From Malacoraja senta (lineage: Eukaryota): a stretch of 64,000 bases of DNA. Below the pieces are notes generated by a model that was given only the letters and a program-made list of their open reading frames with translations, had not been told where the DNA came from and did no database searches. Position 1 is the stretch's first letter. Every line of letters begins with the position of its first letter. The position numbers and the translations under genes were made by a program. This document shows positions 36,500-50,216 of the stretch, in pieces. The stretch is taken from the NCBI GenBank assembly GCA_038087875.1, contig CM075992.1:3412001-3476000 (forward strand), read 5' to 3'.

Positions 36500-39379
36500 T
36501 GCACCAATTAAAAGGCCACCAGCTACTTCCTTCATGAAACCCTTACGAATGACTTAGAATTTTCCTGATCTTATTAACCTCTTGGGATAGACAAAAGTGC
36601 TGGAGAAACTCAGCGGGTGCAGCAGCATCTATGGAGCGAAGGAAATAGGCAACGTTTCGGGCCGAAGCCCTTCTTCAGACTTTTGTCTACCTTCGATTTT
36701 CCAGCATCTGCAGTTCCTTCTTAACCTCTTGGGATATGTGGGCTGCCAAATTGGTTGTGTTGGAGGACTCATCAGGGATGTAGGTGCAGCATTCTTGCCC
36801 TATTATGGCACCTTTTTCGGCCAAAATAAAGTCCAAAGCCGTGCGATTCTGCAAGGCCTCGGTGCGGAGTGTAACCAGCTTGGCCGTCACAGAGGAGAGG
36901 GCCTTCTGCGTATCCGTAAGGGCATTTGCGGTTTCCTTAGCCAGTTTCTCCATAGCCGATGCCATGTTGATCAGTTCTCGTGAGGCGCGGGCCGTCCCAT
37001 AGAAGGGAAAGGCAATCATCCAAAACCGTTGAGATTCGGATATGCCTCGTTTGGACCGTAAGGGGAAGGATAACTCGGCCACCTGTACCCTAGTTCCAGC
37101 CTACACACTAGGGGACAATTTACAGACGCCAATGGGATGCAGGCAGAAGCCTCCACGTGGCGCATCCCGGGCAATGCTGACGACAGGAACTGTACCGCAG
37201 TGACCGACTGAAGCAGCCAATTCTGCAACCACCGACCGTCAACCGTCACTGACCGACCGGAAAGACGTGATGTGGAAGATGGCCGGACACGAGGAAGAAG
37301 AACAGATGCCAATTAACCTACAAACCCGCACCTCTTTGGAGTGTGGGAGAACAGCACCTGGAGTCAGGAGTTTGTACGTTCTCCCCGTGACCACGTGGGT
37401 TTCCTCCGGGTGCTCCGGTTTCCTCCCACGTCCCAAAGACGTGCGGGTTTGTAGGTTAATTGGCCCTCTGTAAATTCCCTCTAGTGTGTAGGGAGTGGAT
37501 GAGAAAGTGGGATAACGGATTACTGGCATGAACGGGTGATCGAAGGTCAGCGCGTACCCGGTGGGCCCAAGGGACCATTTTCATACAGCATCTTTCAAAC
37601 AACCAGTAGACTCAGCGATGTTAAGAAAATTAAGCGTCACTTCTTGGTCGCTTTCGACGTTTTTGTCTCGTCTATGTTGGGGGAGCAAATATAAAGCGGT
37701 TTGGCTGACAGCCGGGAACTATCCAATGAGTGACTGAAGCTAGACACAAAACGCTGGAGTAACTCAGCGGGACAGGCGGCATCTCTGGAGAGAAGGAATT
37801 GGTGACGTTTTTCGAGTCGAGCCCGAGTCTGAAGAAGGGTCTCGACCCGAAACCTCACCCATTCCTTCTCTCCAGGACTGAGATGAGAAAAACATTTTTC
37901 ACACAGAGAGTGGTGAATCTCTGGAATTCTCTGCCACAGAATGTAGTTGAGGCCAGTTCATTGGCTATATTTAAGAGGGAGTTAGATGTGGCCCTTGTGG
38001 CTAAAGGGATCAGGGGGTATGGAGAGAAAGCAGGTACAGGATACTGAGTTGGATGATCAGCCATGATCACATTGAATGGCGGTGCAGGCTCGAAGGGCCG
38101 AATGGCCTACTCCCGCACCTATTTTTCTATGTTTCTATGTTTCTATGAGATGCTGCCTGTCCCGCTGAGTTACTCCAGCATTTTGTGTCTATCTTTGGTT
38201 TAAACCAGCATCTGCAGTTCCTTCAGACACGAGTGACTGAAGCATTTGTTTAATTTACGATTGGTTGGTGGGGGAGGAAGGTTGCCATGGAGATTGATGT
38301 GTTGTCCCGCCAATGACAGGAGGATGGGGGGGCGGTGAGAGGTTGGAGACGGGGGAACGTGTGATGACTTTAGCTCCAGCTGGCAACCATTCAGTAGTTG
38401 CATTTGGGATGTCATAGACATTTGCAACACAGAGGTACGAACATCGATTTCTCTAACTTCAAGTAACCCCTGCATTCATTCCCTCTCTCTCCATCCATCA
38501 CCCACCCATGGTGGGCACGGTGAAGCAGCGGTAGAGTTGCTGCCTCACAGCGCCAGAGACCCGGGTTCGATCCTCACTACGGGTGCTGTCTGTACGGAGT
38601 TTGCACGTTCTCCCCGTGACCTGCGTGGGTTTTCTCCGAGATCTTTGCTTTCCTCCCGCACTCCAAAGACGTACAGGTTTGTGGTTAATTGGCTTGGTAT
38701 ATGTGTAAACTGTTCCTAGTGTGTTTAGGATAGTGTTAGTGTGCGGGGATCGCTGGTCGGTGCGGACTCGGTGGGCCGAAGGGCCTGTTTCCACGCTGTA
38801 TCTCTAACCTAACCTAAACCCTAGTCGTACCAGCTTCAAAGTCGTCTTATTGTTTGTAACTCGTTCTCCCCCAACAAACAGCTAACAATGACCTACTTCC
38901 TTTATTATCGTTACCTTTTTGCATATCTTTCATTCATTTGCTCTATATCTCTCTACGCCACCATCTATTTATCTCGTTCCTCTTTTCCCTGACCCTCGAG
39001 TCTGAAGAAGGGTCTCGACCCGAAACGTCACCAATTCCTTCTCTCCAGAGACGCTGCCTGTCCCGCTGAGTTACTCCAGCTTTTGATGTCTATCTTCCAG
39101 TTACCAACATATCCTCGGCACAGAGCAATGTAGCGGATGGAATGGTTGTGACAGTAACTCAAAGGGTCGATGGCCCATTAGGACTTCCTCTTCAGCCAAC
39201 CTGTCAGCTACTGTAGGATCTTCATTCCAGACATGTTCTCCCTTGGGCCAGTTCCCAGCCTCTACTGCAGTTAGAGTCGATGATGTCTACTTTGTAAGCA
39301 TTTCAGTCCCATTAACTCTCAAACTTGGATAGAAATGCTCATAAAAAAGTGCTGGAGTAACTCAGCGAGTCAGGCAGCA

Positions 39380-39885
39380 TTGAGGGAGTGCAGCGTAGGT
39401 TTACAAGGTTAATTCCCGGGATGGCGGGACAGTCATATGCTGAGAGAATGGAGCAGCTGGGCTTGTACACTCTGGAGTTTAGAAGGATGAGAGGGGATCT
39501 CATTGAAACATATAAGATTGTTAAGGGCTTGGACACGCTAGAGGCAGGAAACATGTTCCCGATGTTGGGGGAGTCCAGAACCAGGGGCCACACACAGTTT
39601 AAGAATAAGGAGTAAGCCATTTAGAACGGAGACGAGGAAACACTTTTTCTCACAGAGAGTGGCGAGTCTGTGGAATTCTCTGCCTCAGAGGGCGGTGGAG
39701 GCAGGTTCTCTGGATGCTTTCAAGAGAGAGCTAGATAGGGCTCTTAAAGATAGCGGAGTCGGGGATATGGGGAGAAGGCGGGAACGGGGTACTGATTGGG
39801 GATGATCAGCCATGATCACATTGAATGGCGGTGCTGGCTCGAAGGGCCGAATGGCCTACTCCTGCGCCTATTGTCTATTGTCTAT
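39380..39885 (+). mobile_element. CR1 LINE 3' fragment (another at ~37875-38145)
   Basis: CR1 RT C-terminus and tail. Confidence 0.85.
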
Positions 39886-42800
39886 CTGTGGAGAACATGG
39901 ATAGGTGACGTTTCACAGAGTGCTGGAGTAACTCAGCGGGTCAGGCAGCATCTGTGGTGAACATGGATAGGTGACGTTTCACAGAGTGCTGGAGTAACTC
40001 AGCGGGTCAGGCAGCATCTGTGGAGAACATGGATAGGTGACGTTTCGGTTTGGGACCCTTCAGGTTGATTGTAGCAGGGGAACGGGAGCTGGAAGTGAGC
40101 TGGGGGCAGGACAAAGGTGGATACAAAGTGCTGGAATTACTCAGCGGTTCAGGCAGCATTTCCGGAGAACATGAAAAGGTAATGTTTCCGGTCGGGACCC
40201 TTCTTCAGAATGATGCCTAAAGTAGGGTCCCTGAAATCTCACCTCTACATGTTCTCCAGAGATGCTGCCTGAGCTGCTGAGTTACTGCAGCACGACTCAG
40301 CGGGTGAGGCAGCATCTCTAGGGAACATGGTGAGGATCTTCCAGAAACCAAGAACCGCTGATGGTGGCTTTATGTAAACCAGCATTTGCAGTTCCTTGAT
40401 TCTACAAGTGATGGGTGGATACAGGTGAGGGGAGGGGTGGGGCTTCTGTAATATTTTTCACATCGCTATGTGATTGATAACTAAAGAGATGCATTGTAGT
40501 CCCTTTTACTTAAGGGGAAAGGCGGAATATAATTTACTCTTTGGTCTTCCTTAGAAGGCTTAGTAAATTCGGCATGTCGCACTGGTGTCAAAAATCATAA
40601 ATCGGGTAAACACAGTTTCTTGCCCTGAGTAGGGAAATCGAGAACCAGAGGACATAGGTTTATGGTGAGGGGGAAATGGTCCTAATAGGAACCAGTGGGA
40701 TAACTTTTTTACACAAAGGGTGGCGGGTGTATGGAGTGAGCTGGCGGAGGAGGTATCTTCTTCTTGCATATGGCGTGCACAGCCTAACAAAACACTACAT
40801 CTATTTGTTTGTGCACGTTGGGTTGATTGCATTCGTGGCATTTGAGGCAGGGACTATCGCAACGTTTAAGAAGCTTTTAGACAGGTATGTGGATAGGACA
40901 GGTTTGGAGGGATATGGGCCAAAAGCGGGCAGGTGGGACTAGTGTGGAGTGGGTGTGGTCGGCGTAGGCAAGTTGGGCCGAAGGGCCTGTTTCCGTGCAG
41001 TATCAGTCTGTGACTCTAGTGAGCAGCTACAGTGGGGGAACACTGGTTTCAAGATATCACTTGATTCACAAGCTCTGTCATTGCTCAGAAAATCTCTCGC
41101 CTCCACAATGTCACAGCTTCCACCTATGTACTCTGAGACGTCACACTCCCTCATGCTGTGCATGGTTGGGTTCCAACACCTCTCTGCCTGCCCGTTTGAG
41201 GTGACAATGTTAGCACGGACTGTTTATTTTCAGACCAGATCTGTCTTTATTTGCAACTTCCCCTCAGAGCAGCTTAGTGGGACCAAGTGAATGGGTGAAT
41301 GGGTGAAGATAGACACAGAATGCTGGAGTAACTCAGCGGGACAGGCAGCATCTCTGGAGAGAAGGAATGGGTGACGTTTCGGGTCGAGACCCTTCTTCAA
41401 ACTTTCAAATGCTTCATAGTTCACAATAAGGCCATAAGGAATAGTCGTAGATTTAGGCCATTCGGCCCATCAAGTCTACTCAGCCATTCGATCATGGCTG
41501 ATCTATCCCTCCCTCCTAACCCCATTCTCCTGCCTTCTCCCTGTAACCTCTGACCCCCGTACTAACCAAGAATGTACAGGTAATCATGAATCACGGGTAG
41601 CCAAAATGTTCATCATGCTAGTGTGCGGGCATCGCCAGTCGGCGTGGACTCTCTCGGTTGGCCAAAGGGCCTGTTTCTGCGCTGTCCCTTGAAACTAAAC
41701 CAAGCTAAATTAAAGGTAGACAAAAATGCTGGAGAAACTCAGCGGGTGAGGCAACATCTATGGAGCGAAGGATTAGGTGACGTTTCGGGTCGAGACCCTT
41801 CTTCAGACGTCTGAAGAAGGGTCTCGACCTGAAAGGTCACCTATTTCTTCGCTCCATAGATGCTGCCTCACCCGCTGAGTTTCTCCAGCATTTTTGTCTA
41901 CCTTCGATTTTTCCAGCATCTGCAGCTCTTTCTTAAACAAGCTAAGTTAAAGGTCTCCAATTTCATTACAAACTATTCCCCGTAGCTCTTGAATTGAGGA
42001 TGTTTCAAATTTATTTCATCAGGCGGTTATGAGTCAAACACATTACTTTGGACTGGAGTTCCATCACACGTGGCAATAGCACGAATCTCCTTCTCCAAGA
42101 GAGAGTTGTGGTCAAATTTGTTTTTATCAGAACCCAGTAGTTTCATGTTGACTAAACTGAGTGTAGCAGTTCCGTCCAGATTTATTTCCTTAACAGTTTA
42201 AGTTTCGAAACTGTCATAGATGCTTTGAGCCATGCAGCACAACAACGTCATCGGCCCACCAATTCTACATTAGCCATCAAGCACCCATCTCAATACTATC
42301 CCTCACGTTTTATTTTCCCTACCCTCATCGAACCCAGGTCCCTGCAGTAAACAAAATGTGTAGGAAGAAACTGCAGATGTTGGTTTAAATCAAAGATAGA
42401 CACAAAAAGCTGGAGTTATAGCCCTGTCCCACGGTACGAGTTCATTCCAAGAGCTCTCCCGAGTTTTTAAAAAATCAGCCTCGTGGTAAGCACGGAGAAT
42501 GAACGTGGCGGGTACGTCGGAGCTCGGGGACGTCTCTTAGCGGCTCATTACGCTAACGGCAGGTACTCGGGAAGACTCGCTAATGGCAGGTAAGCAACTC
42601 AGCAGGTGAGGCAGCATCTATGGAGCAAAGGAATAGGTGACGTTTCGGGTCGAGACCATTCTTGCTTAACCATTAGAAACATGGAAACATAGAAGATAGG
42701 TGCAGGAGGAGGCCATTCGGCCCTTCGAGCCAGGACTGCCATTCATTGTGATCATGGCTCATCGTCCCCTATCAATAACCCATGCCTGCCTTCTCCCCAT

Positions 42801-45800
42801 ATCCCTTGATTCCACTAGCCCCTAGAGCTCTATCTAACTCTCTCTTAAATCCATCCAGTGACTCCATTCTTTCTTAAACATTTCGTCTACTCCACTGCGA
42901 CATCTCCTCAAGGTATGCCTACTTTGAAGAAGGGTCTCTCCGAAGAGGAAGAAGGGTCTCGACCCGAAACATCACCTATTCTATCGCTCCATAAAACCCG
43001 CTGAGTTTCTCCAGCATTTTTGTCTACCTTCGATTTTTTCCAGCATCTGCAGTTCCTTCTGAAACAATAATGGTTGTCAGGCATTATCCATGAGCAGAGG
43101 TAGAGTTGCTGCCTTACCGCGTTAGAGACCCGGGTTTAATCCTGCCTATGGGTACTGTCTGTATAGAGTTTGTATATTCTCCCTGTCAGCGCCTCTACTT
43201 CCTGAGAAGATTACGGAGAGTCGGTTTGTCAAGGATGACTCTCTCTAACATCTACAGGTGCACAGTAGAGATCATGCTGACCGGTTGCATCGTGGCTTGG
43301 TTCGGCAACTTGAGCGTCCAGGAGCGAAAAAGACTACAAAAAGTAGTAAACACTGCCCAGTCCATCATCGGCTCTGACCTCCCTTCCATCGAGGGGATCT
43401 ATCACAGTCGATGCCTCAAAAAGGCTGGCAGTATCATCAAGGACCAACACCATCCTGGCCACACACTCATCTCCCTACTACCTTCAGGTAGAAGATACAG
43501 GAGCCTGAAGACTGCAACGACCAGGTTCAGGAATAGCTACTTCCCCACAGCCATCAGGCTATTAAACTTGGCTCGGACAAAACTCTGAACATTAATAGCC
43601 CATTATCTGTTATTTGCACTTTATCAGTTTATTTATTCATGTGTGTATATATTTATATAATGGTATATGGACACACTGATCTGTTTTGTAGTCAATGCCT
43701 ACTATGTTCTGTTGTGCTGAAGCAAAGCAAGAATTTCATTGTCCTATCAGGGACACATGACAATAAACTCACTTGAACTTGAACTTGACCGCGTGGGTTT
43801 TCTCCGGGTGCTCCGGTTTCCTCCCACACTTCAAAGACGTGCAGGTTTCGTCGATTAATTGGCTTCAGTAAAATTATAAATTGTCCATAGTGTGTAGGAT
43901 AGTGCTGGTGTATGGGAATCGCTGGAATTACACTTACACCAAGCCAATTAATCTACAAACCTGCACGTCTTTGGAGCGTGGGAGGAGGCAGGAGATCTCG
44001 GAGAAAACCCACGCAGGTCACAGGGAGAACGTACAAACTCCGTACAGACAGCACCTGTAGTCAGGATCGACCCCGGGTCTCTGGCGCTGTGAGGCAGCAA
44101 CTCTACCACTGCGCCACCATGCCTTTGTTCCTCCGCACATTATACAAGGCACATAGACATCCTCCTTTGTTCCACCTGTGATATTCTGCTGCATAAATTC
44201 TGGGTCTTACCTAGTGTCAGCTTGGCCCAGTCGAAGAAAAATGACTCCAACTTTTCCTCTGGTTAAGCACTGCTTTCTATTATAGAAAATCTCTGGTGTT
44301 CACATCCCTCCGTGTCCTTGACTTGCCCAATCTGCGTCTTTCCCCTCCAGCCCTACAACTTGATATCTCTGCACTGTTTAATCTTGTCGTGGCTGCTGCT
44401 GAATTTAATTGCTGCATCATGACCAGCTGCCTGGATTCCGGGAACTCTCTTTCTGAACCCAATTCTTTCACTTCTCCCTCCAAGAAGTCAACAACAGTGT
44501 TCTTTTTGGGGGAAGCAGAATTGAAACCAAGCAGATATTAAACTGGATGGCAGGTTATAATGGATATTTTTTTAAGGCGGAGATTGACGAATTCTTGATT
44601 AGTACGAGTGTCAGGGTTGATGGGGAGAAGGCAGGAGAATGGGGTTGAGAGGTAAAAGACAGATCGGCCATGATTGAATGGCGGAGTAGACTCAATGGGC
44701 CGAATGGCCTAGTAATGCTCCTAGAACTATTGGACTAATGAACCTTTAGGCAGCACTTGCTAGGTGTAAGTTTCGGCAACTTATAAGGTTTATAAATCTC
44801 CGTTTCCCCTCTGATTCTTTTGCCTCCCTTCCCTAAACAGTTTCTCCTTACTTAAGGGGCTGTCCCACTTGGGCGACCTAATCCGCGAGTTCTGGCAAGT
44901 TTGCCCTCGACTCATACTCGCGGCATGGTCGACACGAGGAGGTCTTCGTAACTCTCCTTCATGCTCGAGAGTAGTCCCCGCGTACTCGAGGCCTCAGCTA
45001 GGTGGCGGCGTATTTTTCAACATGCTGAAAAATGCCCGCCAGTACAAAAAAGGTCGCCATGGAAAAAATCGATACTTTTTTTACTCGTAGGTTTAGTCGT
45101 AGTAGGTCGGCATGTTAGTCGTAGGTAATCTAGGGTAGTCGAAGGTAGTCGTAGATAGTCTTCATCATAGTCGAAGGGAGGTCGAAGGAGGTCGAAGGAG
45201 ATCGCCTTCACTCTCCACTATTCGGTGTCCAATTTTCTCGAAATTAGTCGTAGCTAGCCGTAGCTGGTCTTCTACATAGTCGAAGGAGGTCGAAGGAGGT
45301 CTTCAACATGACATTTTTTTCAAACTCTTCTAAACTCTTCTAAACTTGCCAATTAGGTTGCCCAAGTGGGACAGCCCCTTTACTCTTTGAAGCACCTTTA
45401 TAATTTGCAGCGCCTCTATTACATACCCCTTTGGCTCTCTCCACTATAAGAAGTGTGAGAGATACCACTTATGTTGACAGGGGCTCAGTTAGACCGCACC
45501 TCGAATGCACTTCATATTGGGCAGGTAAATACACAGGGATACCTGTATTTGTACCTGTAATTTACACCTGTAAACAGGTAGAAGCCCTTTTCCCCCAGAC
45601 AACATCGGAGTGGAGAAATCTAATATGACTGTAGATGAAGAGATGATTCTTGCACATAGGAGAAACAGGAACTAAATGATATATAGATCACATATTCATT
45701 AATAAATCCAAGAAAACAGGAGATAGATACAAAATGCTGGAGTAACTCGGCAAGTCAGGCAGCATCTGTGGAGAAAAGGAATAGGTGGCTTTCCGAAACG

Positions 45801-46633
45801 TCACCGAGTTTAGTTTAGTTTAGTTTAGTTTATTGTCACGTGTACCGAGGTACAGTGAAAAGCTTTTGTTGCGTGCTAACCAGTCAGCGGAAAGACAATA
45901 CATGATTACAATCGAGCCGTCCACAGTGTACAGATACATGATGAAGGGAATAACGTTTAGTGCAAGGTAAAGCCAGCAAAGTCCGATCAAAGATAGTCCG
46001 AGGGTCACCACTATAAGGTAGATAGTAGTTCAGGACCTATTCCTTCTCTCCAGAGATGCTGCCTGACTCGCTGAGTTACTCCAGCATTTTGTGTCTATCT
46101 TCGGTGCAAGCCAGCATCTGCAGTTCCTTCCTGCACACACCAAGAATATAGGACTATGTGTTTGGCAGAATGTGGGCAGGATTGGGCAGACAGCATTATT
46201 GCAAGGCCAGCTTTTCTTGCTCATCCACAAGTGAATGCCTTGCTGGTCTTTTGCAGAGGCAAGTGAAGGGTTAACCAGACACAGACTTCTATTCTCAAGT
46301 CACCCTTCATCCAAACCAGGTAAGGAGGGCAGACAAAATGATCTCTCATCTCCGAAGGGGATCATTAGGTCAGATGCCATTTCATGAGGAGCTTGTGTTT
46401 CATGCTTATTCATAAGAGTCTCTCTATTTCTTATTCATAAGAGTCACTGTAACCTTTATGAAATTATGTGAAATATAATTTTGTTGATAAGAGACTGAAG
46501 GAACTGCAGGTGCTGGTTTAAACCAAATAAAGACACAAAATGCTGGAGTAACTTAGCAGGACAGGCAGTATCTCTGGAGGGAAGGAATGGGTGACGTCTC
46601 GGGACAGTTGAGACTTGTTGCAGCGAGACTTAC

Positions 46634-49600
46634 TTTGGTGTTGAACTGTAGTCTGAACCATCCTCCCACTGCCAAATCTTTTCAGTCTCTGAGTCGGACA
46701 GGCCAATCCAATAACGATTAGGGGTTGCTTCCCTTTTAATGAAGTTCTGTGAGAAGATTTAACAGGATCGTGAGTAAACAAAAACACTCTCGCATTCCTC
46801 AGGGCATGTCGTTTCCGAAGATGGACACAGAGCGCTGGAGTAACTCAGCTGGTCATGCAGCATCTCCGGAGAGAAGGAATAGGTGGAGATGAGGTTGAGT
46901 TGAGTAAAGGGCCTGTCCCACTTGGGTGTCATTTGCGCGTCATTTACGTGACATCATTTATTCAGATTCAGATTCAGATTCAACTTTATTGTCATTGTCC
47001 AGTGTACAGTACAGAGACAACAAAATGCAGTTAGCATCTCCCTAGATATGAGCAATAATAAATCTAATAAATCCTGGTGGGAGGAGTGTTCGGGGGGGGG
47101 GGGTGATTGGCAGTCACCGAGGTACAGTGTTGAGAAGTGTAGCAGCCGCAGGGAAGAAGCTGTTCCTGGACCTGCTGGTCCGGCAACGGAGAGACCTGTA
47201 GCGCCTCCCGGATGGTAGGAGGGTAAACAGTCTGTGGTTGGGGTGAGAGCAGTCCTTGGCGATGCTGAGCGCCCTTCGCAGACAACGCTTGCTTTGGACA
47301 GACCCAATGGAGGGGAGTGAGGAACCGGTGATGCGTTGGGCAATTTTCATGCGTCATGACGCACGACGCGTACGTCATGACGCGCACGTGATACGTGCAT
47401 GGCGTGCATTACGCGTGCGTGGTGGGTGGTGACGTAGGCAGTGACGCGCGGTCGCTCGCAGCGCCCCAGGGTTTTGGGATTCACAAAAATCTTCGCGCGC
47501 CATTTGCGTGTCGGTCCCTGAGACACAAAGTGCTGGAGTAACTCAGCGGGTCAGACAGCGGGTCCTTCTTCAGTCCCGGCCCGAAATGTCACCCATCCTT
47601 TTTCTGCAGAGATGCTGCATGACCCGCTGAGTTACTCCAGCAATTTGTGTCCATCTTCAGTCTAAACCAGCGTCTGCGGTTCCTTCAGTCTCTTGTGAAC
47701 CTGTGGTTGCGTGGGAAGGTTGGGAAACGGCTGGTGGGGATGGAAGTGTAGACCAGGGAGTTGCACATGGAGTGGTCCCTTGGTGAAGTTGAGGATGAGT
47801 CTGGAGGTGGGATCTTGCTGGATTGTAGGACCTTGCAAAGGATGATGTGTTGAATGTGGAAGCTCGTGGGATGAAAGGTAAGGATCAGAAAACACTGTAT
47901 TTTTTTGCTCAGGAAATGAGGGAGGCCAGATAAGCCGGAGGTGTGGGATACAGAGTCAAGAGTGTTTAATTATCATATGCATCAGGAAGGGAATTATGAC
48001 ATTCTCGTAGATACAAGGAACTACAGATGCTGGTTTATACCATTGAAAGACACAGCTGGAGTAACTCAGCGGTTCAGGCAACATCTCTGGAGAGAAAGCA
48101 AGTCCTCAACCTTTTTCTCCAGAGATGCTAACTGACCCACTGAGATACTCCAGCCATTTGTGTCTATATGATATAGAGTTTGGTCGGCATGGTGGTGCAG
48201 CGGTAGAGTTGCTGCCTACAGCGCCAGAGACCCGGGTTCGATCCTGACCAAAGGAGCTGTCTGTACGGAGTTTGTACCTTCTCCCCGTGACCTGCTTGTG
48301 TTTTTACTCGGAGATCTTCGATTTCCTCCCACACTCCAAAGACGTACACGTTCCGAGGTTAATTGGCTTGGTATAAAATAAATTGTCCCTAGTGTGTGTA
48401 GGATAGTGTTAGTGTGCGGGGATCGCTGGTCGGCACAGACTCGGTGGGCCAAAGGGCCTGTTCCCGCGGTGTATCTCTGAACTAAACTAAAAAAAAACGT
48501 GACACCAGAGGATCATCATCATCTCGCAGCATCTTTCACTATTGCCAATAGCTCACAAGAGCACATGTTTCAGTTTCAGTTCAGTTTATTGTCACGTGGA
48601 CCGAGGTATAGTTTAAAGCTTACCAGTCAGCAGGAAGACAATACAATGATTACAATCGAGTCAAGTTGGGAAAAGGCAAAGTACAATGGGATCTGGGGGT
48701 CCTTGTACATCAGTCTATGAAAGTAAGCATGCAGGTACAGCAGGCAGTGAAGAAAGTGAATGGCATGTTGGCCTTTATAACAAGAGGAATCGAATATAGG
48801 AGCAAAGAGGTCCTACTGTAGTTGTACAGAGCCCTAGTGAGACCACACCTTGAGTATTGTGTGCAGTTTTGGTCCCCTAATTCTAGGAAGAACATTCTTG
48901 CTATTGAGGGAGTGCAGCATAGGTTTACAAGGTTAATTCCTGGGATGGCGGGACTGTCATATGCTGAGAGAATGGAGCGGCTGGGCTTGTCCACTCTGGA
49001 GTTTAGAAGGATGAGAGGGGATCTCATTGAAACATATAAGATTGTTAAGGGCTTGGACACGCCAGAGGCAGGAAACATGTTCCCGATGTTGGGGGAGTCC
49101 AGAACCAGGGGCCACAGTTTAAGAATAAGGAGTAAGCCATTTAGAATGGAGACGAGGAAACACTTTTTCCCACAGAGAGTGGTGAGTCTGTGGAATTCTC
49201 TGCCTCAGAGGGCGGTGGAGGCAGGTTCTCTGGATGCTTTCAAGAGAGAGCTAGATAGGGCTCTTAAAAATAGCAGAGTCAGGGGATATGGGGAGAAGGC
49301 AGGAACGGGGTACTGATTGGGGATGATCAGCCATGATCACATTGAATGGCGGTGCTGGCTCGAAGGGCCGAATGGCCTACTCCTGCGCCTATTGTCTATT
49401 GTCTATTGAGCCATTTACAGTGTACAGATACATGTTGCTGTAGGAGTAGAGATTTAAGAGTGTGGAGCGATTGTGAGGTGTGAGATTGTAGATCTACTTC
49501 TGTAGTTAGCACGCAGATAGTCCCCTGGGTGGGGCGCCATCTTGGGAAGCAATTGTGCCCACTCACCTGCTCTGAAGCGCTGTTGATGGCAACCAGATGT

Positions 49601-50177
49601 GAATCCATGGCGGCACATTGTCCTTTGGCAAAATACCAGGAGCCTGACTTTATTGTGAGCTGGTAACAGTGCCCATTGAACCCTATCCAGTCGCTGGGAC
49701 ACTTGAGCCAAGAGCAATCTGAAGAGAGTGCATGGGATTGAGAATCAAGGTCAAGTACACACTTATTGTCACGTGCACCAATTGAGGGTACAGTGATATT
49801 TGAGTCACCGTACAGCCATACAAGTAAAAAGAACACAATGCACGATAGAGATTAACAGAAACGTCCATCACAGTGGAATCAGCATTCCTCACTGTGACGG
49901 AAGGCAATAACGTTCAGTCAACCTTCCTCCTTTGTTCACCTGAGGTCGCTCTCATGCACTTATTTCAAGACTTAATAGTTTCCAACTTCCAACCAGGTTC
50001 AGGAATAGCTACTTCCCCACAGCCATCAGGCTATTAAACTTGGCTCGGACAAAACTCTGAACTTTAATAGCCCATTAACTGTTATTTGCACTTTATCAGT
50101 TTATTTACTCATGTGTGTATATATTTATATAATGGTATATGGACACGCTGATCTGTTTTGTAGTCAATGCCTTCTAT

Positions 50178-50216
<39 letters not shown>

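Larger units (their letters stand above)
35803..37082 (-). pseudogene. env: Degraded endogenous retrovirus env, TM subunit
   Basis: Furin site RSKR, fusion peptide, ISD-like LQNRTALDFILAEKG, ECCTYIPD, WWPFNW, anchor GSIFVLIIAVILIIQCL; split by Penelope and CR1 inserts; one in-frame stop. Confidence 0.88.

Noticed and set aside
36687..37082. Domesticated syncytin-like gene
   Set aside because: Interrupted by insertions, with an in-frame stop and a damaged CX6CC
39100..39270. Replacement terminal CTLD exon for gene B (WNE)
   Set aside because: Lacks EPN/QPD and the CTLD cysteine spacing
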